DNA of 50,410 nt, counting the filler, from Jimgerdemannia flammicorona (lineage: Eukaryota), in assembly GCA_003990765.1 (NCBI GenBank). It is 2 parts of 2 records of this genome, joined end to end, with 100 filler letters (N's around TTAATTAATTAA, not from the genome) between each part and the next. Parts side by side here need not be neighbours in the genome. Positions count along the whole stretch, not along the records: positions 25,257 to 50,410 come from RBNJ01000875.1; 1 more part is not named here. One strand, 5' to 3'. The translations under genes and the position numbers were made by a program. The notes beneath the pieces were generated by a model, which saw only the letters and a program-made list of their open reading frames with translations, had not been told where the DNA came from and ran no database searches. This document shows, piece after piece, positions 36,800 through 48,870 of the stretch (positions are counted from its first letter, which is position 1; each line of letters opens with the position of its first letter).

Positions 36800-38330
36800 T
36801 GAGAGGCAAGGGTGTGGAAGTAGGAGAAATTAAGATGAGACAATACATCAGGGAGGGTATTGAGGTAAGAGGAGATGTATGATGCACATAACTGAAATAA
36901 ATATGATGTACCTAGAAACAATAGTTGGCATAGTAGCTTGAGGAGTTTGGAGTTACAAGAGGTGCTCAAGTTGATATATGACATTGCTGCTTAGTTGTCT
37001 ATATGCATATAAATATGTCAAAAGTACCAGCATAGACCCCAAGTAGTGGTGACAACCACAATAGAATATAATTCCTTAAATTGAATATCCTCAGAATGGA
37101 GTTCTACTAGCCAAGGGATAGCAAACCAAGCTTCATCAAAAAAGACAGTAAAGCCCAAAGTACTGCTGGCATCTGTCCAGAACTAGTCATCAATAATCTC
37201 TTTCCAAGGTGTGATTATTGCAACTCTATTCCATAATGTAAGGAATTGTAACCACTATTGGAGATCAGCAAAAAGAGTCTGCTGATAAGTTAATATAGTA
37301 GTCTGGATGAGTGACAGAGGTTGAAATATCAATTAAGTAGTAGAGAAAGGATCAATCTTGCAGAATAACATAGCATACAAAGGAGAGGAAACCATGAGCA
37401 AGAGTATGTATTTTCTATTTCATAGCAGTTGCTCAGTTAAAATGACTGTGGAAACTGGAGATCATAGTGGGGATAGTTTGGATTTTTCCCTCCAGAAGAT
37501 GTACTTCCATATCATTGATATTGATATCAATACTCAAAAAGGGGATACAGGTCAAGGGGCCTTCAATCTTTTTGTCCCATACTGAAAAACTGATGGTACA
37601 GTAGATTGATAGGAGGAGCTACAGTGGAGCTGATGTCTGAGAAGGGTGGCAGGCACCTAGTGTATCATCGACATATTGGATGATGTCTTCCAGATCATGG
37701 TGCTTGAACAGCCAATCCAGCATCTCCCCAAACATGTTGTAGAGAAATGGCAATGATATAGATCAAATGGAAGAAACTGATCAAAGTAGAAAAGGCTGTG
37801 CCAATAGAAGCCAAGAAGTTCCCAGTCTTCTGAATATACTAAGATATGTCAAAAAGCATTGACCAGGTCTATCTTGAAGAGTAAAGTCCCTCTACTGAGT
37901 CATTATATAATGTCAAGTATCTGATCAAAGGCTGTGTACTTGAGAGTAAAATTGTCAGGTAAAATGCCATCATTGACTGACATGCTATAGGGCCATGATA
38001 AGTGGTGAATGTAGTGCTGTTTGATAGAATCTTTCTTTACCACTATGCTCAGTGAGGAAGTCTAAAAGTTTTGGAAAAGAGGGTGGAAGAAGAGGCCTGC
38101 AATGCAGCTCATGGTAATTTCAGTTATAATGTCATCTAAAATTACCTAAGAAAAGACATGTGCAGAAGGTAAGTTGTAATATATTTGAGCATAGTGCATA
38201 CTCATGAAGTCAATGTGAACACCTTGACATAATGTGAGTAAGATCATGGATAATAAGTGGTAGTCAGGGAAGTCCTGGAATGCCAATGCCCATATGTTGG
38301 CTCAAAGAGAGGTTTTTGAAAGAGGAAAGA
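36800..38330 (-). pseudogene. Ngaro RT-RNase H remnant
   Basis: LFKIDLVNAF*HILV...DWELLGFYW...FLPFDL...QYVDD; RNase H WTDASSTLGF, KEYYSIVV...WG, IDN*AAMSYIN. Confidence 0.88.
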
Positions 38331-38449
38331 TGTTCAGGATGTATTTGGCCAAAATCAGAGGGGTGGTGAGAGAGAAGAAAAAGGAGATATTAGGTGGTCA
38401 AGGGGGAAGCAATGTTAAAGGAGTAGAAGGGGGGGGGTCTTATTGATAG

Positions 38450-40171
38450 GGCAGAAGGGGAAACTACAACAAGGTCTACCAATTTGCCCACAAGATCCTA
38501 TAATATGCATTCAAATGTGCTATGTGGTCTTGCACAATGGGAGTACAGATGTCAGTAAGGGCAGTTTTAGTGAGTACAGCTAGTTAAGGAGGAGTCAACA
38601 GTACCATTCTGATTGATGTGGTTAAATGCATAGTATATAATTGATGACTGATAAGACTGATTGCACCAAGGTGGTCATAATGGAGGAGAGATTCTCAGTG
38701 AATCAGCAACAGATGAGATGGACTCAGTGGGATGGTACAGAGGTCAAAAGAGTAGATGCAAAGATATAAGTTCACCATCCTGAGTAGTCTATGCCAAATA
38801 TGATGTGTGAGAGAGGGGGGTAGCAATCTGTTGTGTATGGAACTTGATGTGGTAATGGAGTATTGCCTCTCATTGATAATCACTGTTTAGGTGGATGAGG
38901 TCAGAGATGTAGCAAAAGAATGCTGTTGGGTCAGTAAGGCCTGGAAATATATCATAGAGTATACTGAAATATAGTAACAAAGGGCCAATTAGCATAAGAA
39001 GATGGGGGAAATCCTTGACTATAGCAACTTTCTGTGGCCATAAGACATGTGTGAGAGTGGTAGGGTTGACCTCCTCAATAAAATAAGAATCAGGAGGAGC
39101 AAGGGTTGAAGGAGAGCAGATAACTAGTTTTTCCAGATCTCATGATCGAAAAGTATTAGAGAATGGCAGAGACTATAGTGGGGTTCACACTTAAGTACTT
39201 GGCAAGGTTGGGGCTATCATATACAGAAAGAAAAAAGGATGTACCTGGGATCACACCTATGGGTATTGAGGCAGCCATAGAGATGGGTAGCATAGTTGTA
39301 GTGGTAGGAGGTCTCACAGAGCTTGCCACATAAGGAAAGTAGCTGGATGCCAGAAATAGAGGTGAGATGCTGGAGTAGGTGGTAAGTGGAATGTCAGTAG
39401 GTGGGTGCTGGAAACTGGAAGGGTCCAGTGATGCCAGAAGTGGAAAGGTAGTAGGTGGTAACAATGGCCAAAAAACTGGCTGGACTGTTATAGGTAGAGA
39501 CCACTAAGTGGGAAGCTCCAGTGACTGAGGTACAAAAATATCTGAGACAGGAATGTCTGAAAACTTGCCCATATAGGGCTATCCACTCAGGAAGATAGTA
39601 TCATCCTTGTGCAGGGGCCATGCTAATCTTCTCTGAATCATTCCAATTTTTTCAAGTGTCAGTGGTCCCGAAGGACTTGACCAAGAATGTCTGAAACTCA
39701 TATTGTGGGTATGCCTATGCCTGAAACTGAAATTGGTACCAGATGTAACACAGATGCCACTAGTGCAGCACCCAGAGGTTCAGGGTCAGTGAGATAATCA
39801 GGGTTGGATGCCAGGTTGATGATAGTGGTTGGAAGAGGTGGAGCTTGGGCTTTTTTGAGATAGCAGTGTAAAGTGACAATTAGTTGGTCTTGCTCAGCGA
39901 TGTAGGTGTCCTGGTTGAAATCCGCCTGTGATAGTCTGGTGGATGTGCTCACAGTAAGTTCAGGTGAATGTCACAGTATATTGCAATGATCATGGAGTTG
40001 GAGAAGAGTTGTTAAAACATCATTGTCCCCTTCAGTACATACCATGATGGTGGCCATGATAGCCTCCATGTTATGAGATAAGGGGTACATATTTGAGCCA
40101 GTAGAATATCATCCAGGAAAGTTGTCACCTGCAGTATGACAGACCTGACAAGAGTTGTGGGGACATGTCAT
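38450..40171 (-). pseudogene. Ngaro ORF1 (gag-like) remnant
   Basis: ATG 40171 is in frame with ORF 39698-39952; Pro/Ser-rich middle; C-terminal Cys/His cluster (CTH*NCPY*HLYSHCARPHSTFEC) at about 38510-38590. Confidence 0.65.
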
Positions 40172-40189
40172 GGTCAGCACAATTTGTGT

Positions 40190-40245
<56 letters not shown>

Positions 40246-40463
40246 TATATATGTATTTGTATATTACTATTATAATTATTGATAGTTGTAATGATGACTA
40301 TGCTTTAATGATAAATGTGTAAGTAAAACTGTATGATAGCAAAGATAATTAAGCATAAGGGAAAGGGGACAAGGTGTTGGGCATACAATGAATTCCCGGA
40401 TAGACAAGGTACCATAGGTGCCAAAGTCTGTTCCAGACTTTGCGAGCTTGGGGAGGACTATGA

Positions 40464-40624
40464 AGAGTTGGTTTCTGCTGTCTAGAAAGTGATGGCATGC
40501 TTTATTTGTCTTAGAAATGGTGATTTTACATGTAACTGCAAATTCATCTGTCTAAGACATATGTGTGAGACATTTGTATAAAACATAGTAATAAAAGTAT
40601 CCCTGCTCCCACAGAGTTCCCTTA
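40464..40624. repeat. DIRS inverted terminal repeat (3' side)
   Basis: Reverse complement of 44991-45151. Confidence 0.93.
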
Positions 40625-40751
40625 ATCAAGAAAGATTGGCAGTGAGCCTGAAGTAGAAGTAAGGAAAAAAGAAAAAAACCCCCCAGTGGCTGGGGCCATT
40701 GGGGAAAAGAAGAACCCACAAAAAGGAAATGGAAAGGGTGGGAATGAGTGG

Positions 40752-40872
40752 GAAACCAACTCTTCATGGTCCTCCCCAAGCTCACAAAGTCTGGGACAGA
40801 CTTCAGTGCCTACAGTACCTTGTCTATATGGGACTAAGCTTTGCTTGGTCTCAGACTATTTCAGAGTTGGTT
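40752..40872. repeat. DIRS internal complementary region (ICR)
   Basis: 40752-40833 is complementary to 40394-40475 and 40832-40872 is complementary to about 45142-45182, so it is a copy of the circle junction. Confidence 0.92.
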
Positions 40873-42087
40873 GTTCATAGATTGGAGATAAGTGGAGCAC
40901 CAGGCCAGCATAGTGGCCTTGTGCTGGAGGACTGTATATACCAAAGATTTCACCCAAGAGGTCTTGAAAAGAACTGGTGACCTGTGGGATAGATGGTAGT
41001 GACATTTGAAAGTGGTCTTGGAGCTCCAGTTCCTGCTCTCCAGGACTTTGTTAATGGGAGTTCCCCCTTCCAATACCTCAGTGGAGGATTCCACCTGAAT
41101 AGAATGGGGGTGGTGGATGGGGTCAATGCCAGCGGCCACCATATATTCCAAAAACCAGTTGTGAAGGTGGTCAGTGGTTAAGTTATAATGGGGAGAGCAT
41201 GTACTGATGAAGAGGTGGTCTCTGCCATATAGTGGGCATAGGGGTTCTATTTTGTGTATCTAGTGGTAGACCCAGTATACCAGGAATATGTCTTTGCCCT
41301 CCAGAAGCACCAGAATAGTGTGGGAGGTTTTGAAGGGAGAGTTGGGTGTACATTCCTTGGTCATATCTACAGTGAGAACCATTTTGGTGGGCCAGTTGCC
41401 TTGGCCACCCCAGAAATCCATGGTCACCCAATATTGGGCAAAGTTACTTGCAACATGCCATGATGTGTAAAGTGTCAAAAGGGTATGGGTTTTCTTGCTA
41501 TGTAGGACCCACCGCTCAATAGAGTCAAAGGAGCCCAAAGAGGCCAACCAGTGGATGAGAACAGAGACATCCCACCACTAGGCCTTATCCTTAGGTGGGG
41601 GGGGGGCATAAGTTGCCTGCCCCCTGGATGAGGTGAGAGACTGTAGAGAGTTTGGAGAAATGGACACCATCGACAGCAGGGTCCATCAGCCAATAGTGAT
41701 GCAGACACTGCAGAGTTGTCAGGTGCTCATGTCCTCATGAAAGAGATGGGCAAGGCAGTTTGTCCGCTGCTTGGTAGATGCACAAAGGGGATCGATATGC
41801 CATTGATGATACCAACAGACATAGTGTTGGTAGGTAGACTCATAGTTCTTGGGAGAAGAGATCTGAATACTGGTGTGGATGAGATCATGAGCTGGCTCTA
41901 CCAGCACTATGGTGTCTGGGAAGTGCTGCTGAGTAGCCAGGCAAGGGCATCCCAATGACACATCTGTATGGCCACCATCAGAGCCCAATGTGGAAGGAAA
42001 ATTGGAGGGTCTACCACTATCCCCAGGAGTTTGGGCCACTAGCTCTGTTGTGGCCAGAAAGGGGTGATGAGGATGAGGTGAGAGCAT
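40861..42087 (-). pseudogene. DIRS tyrosine recombinase remnant
   Basis: N-terminal NYESTYQHYVCWYHQWHIDP; C-terminal HSIQ (HSIR)...RNWSSKTTFKCHY. Confidence 0.85.
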
Positions 42088-43740
42088 TGGTCCTCCTTCA
42101 TCTTATGGAGTGTGCAATTGATCAGGATCCAAGGAGGGTTCACATATGCCCCAGTTGGAGGCCAGTGGTGTCAAAAAGCATCCATCCCCAAGGTTTCAGG
42201 GTCAGCCCGCCAGCTGTAGAAGAGGGGGGTCTGCGTAGTTGTTTGTGAGGCAAATAGGTCGAGTTGGACTGGGCCCCACAGGTGGTGTAGACATTGAAAC
42301 ACTGCTGGATACAGCTTCCAGTCATTGGGGTTGGGATGGAGGTAGCTCAAAAAGTCTGCCTGAACATTCTCCGAACCTGGGAGGTATTCCACGAAGAGGC
42401 AAATGCAGTGTGTCATGCAGATTGAGTGGATGTACATTGCAATGGCATGGAGGTGGTGGAGAGAGTCTCTCTGTTTGTTGACAAATGCCTGTGTGGTCAT
42501 ATTGTCTGTCCAGACCAGGACTGTATGGTTCTGCCAATAGTGTGAGTTGATCTGGAGGGCAAAGAGAACTGTCTTCAGCTCATGGTAGTTGATGGACAGG
42601 CAGCACTCTGAGGATGTCCAGGTGCTGGCCGCCTACTGTGCAGTATGACTGATGTTGGTGGTGAAGGAGGAGATCTTGAAACTCTATCCCACATCACTGG
42701 TATCCATGTCCACTGTGATCTCAGGGATCTCGGTGAGGAGAGAGTGGCTGTTCTATCCCAGCAGTTTGTAGGACCACCAATGGAGGTCAGTCAATGATGC
42801 CCAGGAAAGTATCATCCATCTGTTCCAATCAGAGTGGCAGAGGGCAGCCTGTATATTGTGGATGAGTGCCCAAACATAAAAGTATACAGGGAAGATGGCC
42901 TGAGTTGTGAAATTGCAGAGGCCAACCAGAGAGGCCACCTTGCAGATTGGGATGCTGGATTTAGAGGCCTGATGGAGGAGAGAGGCCATCTCCTTGCAGA
43001 TCTTGTGTACCTTGTCCCTTGGCAGGTATAGCTCCATGGCATTGGTATCTATCAGGAATCCAAGGAATGTCTGAACTTGCTTGGGGTCTCATGCACATTT
43101 CGTCAGATAGAGAAGGAACCCCAAGGTCTCCAGGTGGTTGCAGACTATCTGGCTATAGTGAATAGCTTCGTCATAGCTGGAGGCCAGTAGGCAGATATCA
43201 TCAATGTAGTAGGTGAGATGAATACCACATTGCCATAGTGGTTCCAGAATGGCAGCCATCATCTTCATCCAGATTCAAGGGGCTGAAGATAGGCCAAATG
43301 GTATGACCCAGAATTTCCAGTTGATTTGTTGCTATTGGAAGGCCAGAAACTATTGATTGGCAGAGTGGAGGGGAATGTGGAGGTAGGCATCCTTGATGTC
43401 TATCTTGATGAGGAAGTCCCCTGAGTGTACCATATGGCAGAGTGTTTGAATACCTTCTATCTTGAAGTGCAATTACTGTACAAACTCATTCAGTAAACAT
43501 GTGTTGAGACAGGCCCAATTCTTGTCGATCTGGGAGATAGTGAAGATACTGGAGAAGAAGAGCTCTTCCCTGGGTTGGGCCTCATAAGTGGCCCCTTTGT
43601 CATGGAAGTTCTGGATGGCAGTATCCACCAGGGCTTTTTCCATGGCAGTCATGCCTCATTTATATGAGAAGTGGGGCCAGATGTGTAGCAGTGTTGGGAG
43701 GTATATCCAATCGATGTGTGTCTTGCTATGGGCCATGTCA
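41900..43740 (-). pseudogene. DIRS RT - RNase H - adenine-methyltransferase-like ORF remnant
   Basis: KIDIKDAYLHIP, PFGLSSAP, YIDD; INYHELK, TDNMTT, LPGSENVQADFLS; MT-like DW...LDLFAS...DAF...YVNPPW. Confidence 0.92.
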
Positions 43741-43799
43741 TTCACCCAGTAGTCGACTCCTAGGGCTTGCCAAACTGATTCAGGAACCTGAGCCAGATG

Positions 43800-44930
43800 G
43801 GTGCCCACCTTGGAGATGTTGGGCACCTTTGGGACCAGGGAGTGATATATGGGGGGATCCTTCAGAGATTAGTGGTAGGTGTTGTTATACCTGGCCCTGG
43901 TGTCTGGCTTCAGAAGCTGCTCTGCTGACTTGGGATGCAGTTCTGAGAAGATTGGAGAGAGTGGCAGAAGTCGGGGTATTGGTCACCCTGGAATCCATTT
44001 CCCCAACCCTGGCTCCCAGAGATGAATTTGCCACAGACAGAGGAGAAGTTGTTCTGAGGGGTGGAGGGCTTGCTAGAGGCTGCTCGAACTGTGAGTCAGT
44101 ATTTCTGGTGTCTTGCATCATCCTGGAAGCAGCAGATGAAGTCAGTACCAAAGAGGTTGCCATCATACTCAGAGCCAGATACAACTATGCAGCATATAGA
44201 GATAAGGGCAGGGGACCATCCTGCAGCTTTGGTGAGGTCGATCCAAAGGTGGATGCAGATGCTTTCTGCCTTGTGGAATCTGATCTGAAGAGAGTCTTGG
44301 AGTTTTTCCACCATGGAGATAACAACAGTGTTGTGGACCAAGCCTTGGTGAACATCAGCCCCATTATTCTGTGGTTCAAGAGTGTGGAGGAGAATGGTGA
44401 TGGGGCAGAGTGTATTGTAGATTGTACATTGTGAGTCAGCAAGGATGCAGTCGGCATCTCAAGTGGCTTTGGGGAAATTGTTGAGGAATGCCTCATTGAT
44501 GGAGAGAGTTCAAAAGACACCACTCTTGGGCTCTGGGTTGCAGCAGATGAGCTTCCTAAGGCTGGAAGGGGTGAGGTGTGTGTGGATGTGTTTGGTGGGA
44601 ACAATGTCAGTGAAGGTGGGCAGGATGTGAAAATGGCTGAGAGCCAGCTATGAGGAATTCCTCATCACTGCCATTGTCGTTGATGGGGGCATCATCATCC
44701 ATACCATCAGAGTGCCTGTCAGGTCCAGAGACCAGGCCCCTGGTGCATCCTATTCATTGGAGGAAGAGAGAATTGATGATACACTGTTGTTTGCATTTAA
44801 TCACAATAGCTGAATCTGGTGGTGCAGGGTGGAGGCTGACTGTGACCACCTCAGAGACCTGCTGAATGAACTTGGCTCATTTGGCCAAAGCAGCCTGTTG
44901 TTGTTGCTGTTGAAGTTGTTCATGGTTCAT
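43800..44930 (-). pseudogene. DIRS ORF1 (gag-like) remnant
   Basis: ATG 44930 (MNHEQLQQQQQAALAK...) just inside the 5' ITR. Assigned by position only. Confidence 0.6.
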
Positions 44931-44990
44931 AGTCAGAAAAGTTTCAAGGGTTGAAAGTAAGAAGGCAAACTGCCAAGCTTTCAAAATGGC

Positions 44991-45151
44991 TAAGGGAACT
45001 CCATGGGAGCAGGGACACTTTTATTACTATGTTTTACACAAATGTCTCACACATATGTCTTAGACAGATGAATTCGCAGTTACATGTAAAACCACTATTT
45101 CTAAGACAAATAAAGCATGCCATCACTTTCTAGATGGCAGAAACCAACTCT
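44991..45151. repeat. DIRS inverted terminal repeat (5' side)
   Basis: Reverse complement of 40464-40624. Confidence 0.93.
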
Positions 45152-45753
45152 GAAACGGTCCGAGACCAAGCGAAGCTTAGTCTGTAATTGTATGATATAT
45201 ATATATGTAATTGCCTAATCGAGTAATACGCGTCTTTAACGCGCTATCCCTTCGGGATCCCTTCAATTAGGAAATATCACCGAAATCATCTGCATTACGC
45301 GAACAGAACTTGCCTCTATTTTTGAACATTTTGTTGCTTTTTGAAAAAGTAACTGGGGGCTCAAGCCAATCTACATGGCAGCCCCAACCTTGTAATTTGC
45401 CTCCATTGAGCCGGCACGTTACAATATAATTACTTCTTATCTCCCAGATTGCGCTGATGGCCAGGAATATGTGTCTGCTAACGGAGCGCGAAATAATTAT
45501 ATTTGACCTTCTGAGCGGACTTTTGCCTTTCTTATTCTTTCCTTTGCCAATATCCGACATTTTTGGAACCATACGCAAAAAACCAACGGAATAAAGGTCT
45601 TGCGTATAATATAAATTGTAAGAGCTCAAAGACACCTAGTGAAATTCGAACGAGGATTGTTATTACTGAATAGGGTTTGGATTTCCCAAAACATATTTTG
45701 ATAGCGTGTAACTGATATGAATGTCTGCAAGGAGGCAAGGGCACGCTACAAGA

Positions 45754-45792
<39 letters not shown>

Positions 45793-46520
45793 CGAGACGC
45801 TTTACGAGGTTCCCAACCATTGGTATCGGATCAGGTGACTCACTTCTCGCCGGAAGGTGAACAGAGAGTGAAATCGCCAGCTAACCTGTCGAGGATAGCC
45901 AATGACGAGATATTCGGACAGCCCGCTCTTTTTGTATTGGCGTAGTTCACTCCATGGGGATTCGCGACGCCCTCTGGAATCGTAGGGCCGAAACGACAGA
46001 AAAGGAGCGTGCGAGTGCGTCGTCGGAGACAAATTCCACGCAGCTGCTGCGACTCGTAGACGGACATCCACTAGTCCTGCAACAATCATAATGCCCATCG
46101 TAACAAAACCGAAAAGCCCTTTCATTCTGTGCTTGGACGATGCCGACGCCAACGCCGATACAAGAGCTGCAAGGATTGTATATCAAATAAGGTCATGGCA
46201 ATTTTACGAGATAGTTTGAATAAAACACACAGGATAATTAGGACGGAAGTTACACCAGGTGAGACGACCGAGGTAGAAAATTTACATTTTATGCTATCAC
46301 TGCCTCTAGTAAACGCTGGTCCTCAAAAAAGAATTCTGATAGGTATTATCCGAGCAATAAATCGAACCTACGTGAGCTCTGATACTTTGTTAGGTGAGTG
46401 AACTTTCTGCGCACAAGTTAACAATGACAATGAGGAGGAATGATGACTTACAGATCTACTTTTAAATTATCGATAGCACCAAGGTCAATATTAACATCAA
46501 GCACATACTGGATTTTGACA

Positions 46521-48870
46521 ATGTCCGAACATAATATCGTCCAAGAAACGGAAAATGGATCAGATTTTTCGATGACATACCCGGCATGTCAAAATTCTGG
46601 CGACATCAAGAGTTCCAATGGGTTGGTCTGAAGAAAATCTTGTTGAGTTGGATGACTTGACACCATATGAAGTAATGTACGTCTTCCGACAATAGATCCT
46701 ACTTTGTCTGAATGACGTGGATCAAAGAAAATTAGCCAACTTGCCGACGGTCACCCATTGTCGATTCGCCTTCATGGAGGTGCATTCAACAAATGAAAAG
46801 AATCTACCAAACATTTAATTGACAAATTCAGTGAAGCTTGGGGAAGCAACGAGTTTCCTTGATAAACGCCACGCTTCTATCAACATCTGAATTCATTTCA
46901 GCTTTGATTATCTGAATTCATTTCAGCTTTGATTATCTGAATCCTACTCTTATCTCATTCATCTGTCAGTTGAGATTATTTGAGATTCCCATTTGCAAGG
47001 AGGATTTTCGATAACGAGACTATATTGGAAGATCTACATCAACGTCGGCGTCACAGCTGGCTGAACGAAATTAAATATGAGGAAGATCCAACAGTTGGTG
47101 ACTGGCTCCCAAGAAAGATGTGGAATTTTACGGTATGCATCTCCGACTACGTGTTTTCCTCAACAACCCTCTGATCGACCAGTCTGTAAATAATGAGGGT
47201 GCCATTTACCTCATTGCCCAATGATATGGAGTAGGTTTCGGCATTGTAAATGATCTGGAAAAGCAGATTGAGTGGTGCACTAAGGCTTCAATGAACGGCC
47301 ATTTGGAAGCACAACTGTCGCTTGCTGTATATTACTGGCAAGGAGTCAAGGTGATTTACAAAATACATGAAGGCATTTGAATGGTATCTTATGGCAGCCA
47401 CAAAATGTATTATGAGTTTGGCATGGGGATCAACAAGATCGTTAGTGTTCGTCATTGGCGTCGGAGTGCTTCAAAGAAGATTTGAAGATCAAATTCGACC
47501 TTACCCTTCCACCGCAGCCGAACGGTCATGTGAAATTGGTCAGATCACTGATGGAACAACGCTTGGCAAACAAAGGTGCGAGAGACAGTGAAGGTCGGAC
47601 TCCTATGCACATGGTTGCGCGTAAAAGACGCGCCGTCAAATACGGCGCCACTGCACCTGGCCGCGAAAAATGGGCTTGACGCTGCTGCATCAAGGCGCAG
47701 AACATGGGCACGTTGAGGTGGCGAGGTTGCTTGTTGCCGAGTTCGGAGCGGACGCCAACGTCAACCACGGATGGACACTGCTGCACAATGCCGCATCGGC
47801 TGGGCACGCCGAGATCGTGAGGTTGTTTGTGGTCGAGTTCGGGACGACATCAACGCCAAGGACTTTCGCAAATGGACGCCGCTGCACCAAGCCGCAGAGA
47901 TCGTGAAGTTGCTCGTGGGCCAACGCCACCGTCAAGAACACGAAGGATGGACGCCACTGCACCAAGTCGCAATGGGCACGTCGAGGTCGTGAGATTTCTC
48001 GTGGCCGGGTTTGGGGCCGACGCCAACGCCAAAGACTTCCGCGAATGGACATCGCTGTACCAAGCTGCAAGAGCATTGGCACGTCGAGGTCGTGAGGTTG
48101 CTCGTGGCCGAGTTCGGAACAGACGCTAACGCCAAGGGCATCGACGGACGGACGTCGCTAATGGTCGGGCACGTCGAGTTCGTTGCTGGACACCAATGCC
48201 AAGGATGACGATGGATTGACGCCGCTGTTTTGGGCGGCGAAAAATGGGCACGTCGAGATCGTGAGGTTGCTCGTGACCGAATTCGGGGCCAGCATTAGCG
48301 CCAAGTCCAAGCACGAAAAGACGCTGCTTCATCGGACGACGTATTACCGGCATAAAATTGCTCGTCGAAGAGTTCGGGGCAAACGCCAAAGCAAAGGATA
48401 ACAACGGAAAGACGCTGCTCCAACGGGCAGCGGCGGGCGGGCACGTTGAAGTCATGTGGTTGTTGGTGTCCGAGTTCGGGGTGGATGATAAAACAACGGA
48501 CAGACGTCACTCCATCAGGCCGCGGTGGTCGGGTCGAGGGGTTGCTGGTAACCGAGTTTGGGTCGGACACTAAAGCAAAGGAGAACAACGGACAGACACC
48601 ATTCCACCAGGCCGCAGCGGGAGAGCACCTTGAGGTCGTGCGGTTGATGGTAACCGATTTTGGGGCGAATGCCAAAGTAAAGGATAGCGACGGGCGGAGC
48701 CACTCCAGCATGCCGTGAAAGACTGAAACATTGAGGTCGTACGGTCGCTGGTAAATGAGTTCAGGACGGACACCAACGCGAAAAGCAGCGGTGGCCGAAC
48801 GCTGTTGCACGTTGCTGCATAGAGCTGGTTAAGTTACTTATAAGTGAAATTGGTGCAGATGTAAACTGAA
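46521..48870 (+). pseudogene. Frameshifted host gene with SEL1-like repeats and roughly ten ankyrin repeats
   Basis: SEL1-like GFGIVNDLEKQIEWCTKASMNGHLEAQLSLA and KAFEWYLMAA at about 47190-47400. Repeated GxTxLHxAAxxGHVEVVRLLVxEFGADANAKD switches frames across 47510-48870. A possible GTATGC intron donor lies at about 47132. The 5' extent is uncertain. Confidence 0.8.
46885..46942. repeat. Perfect 25-bp tandem duplication
   Basis: ATCTGAATTCATTTCAGCTTTGATT x2 plus ATCTGAAT. Confidence 0.9.

Larger units (their letters stand above)
40394..45182 (-). mobile_element. Complete DIRS1-type tyrosine-recombinase retrotransposon (~4.8 kb), inactivated
   Basis: 161-bp inverted repeats, an internal complementary region, gag / RT-RH-MT / YR remnants, and insertion at a TC core with no longer TSD. 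Confidence 0.95.
34791..45268 (-). mobile_element. Ngaro-type tyrosine-recombinase retrotransposon with split direct repeats (A1-gag-RT/RH-YR-B1-A2-B2); A1 is interrupted by a DIRS element
   Basis: B2 34791-34968 matches B1 35161-35338. A2 (about 35000-35160) matches A1 (about 40312-40395 plus 45183-45264). Coding remnants lie between B1 and A1. Confidence 0.92.

Noticed and set aside
43664..44434. 256-aa plus-strand ORF
   Set aside because: Antisense to the DIRS gag/RT; no motif support.
45344..45793. Possible retroposed insert bounded by AAAAAGTAAC and the A33 tract
   Set aside because: The match is half A-run and the enclosed sequence resembles no element here.
45802..46152. 116-aa minus-strand ORF with a hydrophobic N-terminus and a possible GTGAGT donor
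   Set aside because: It could be a host exon, but I cannot support a product or gene model.
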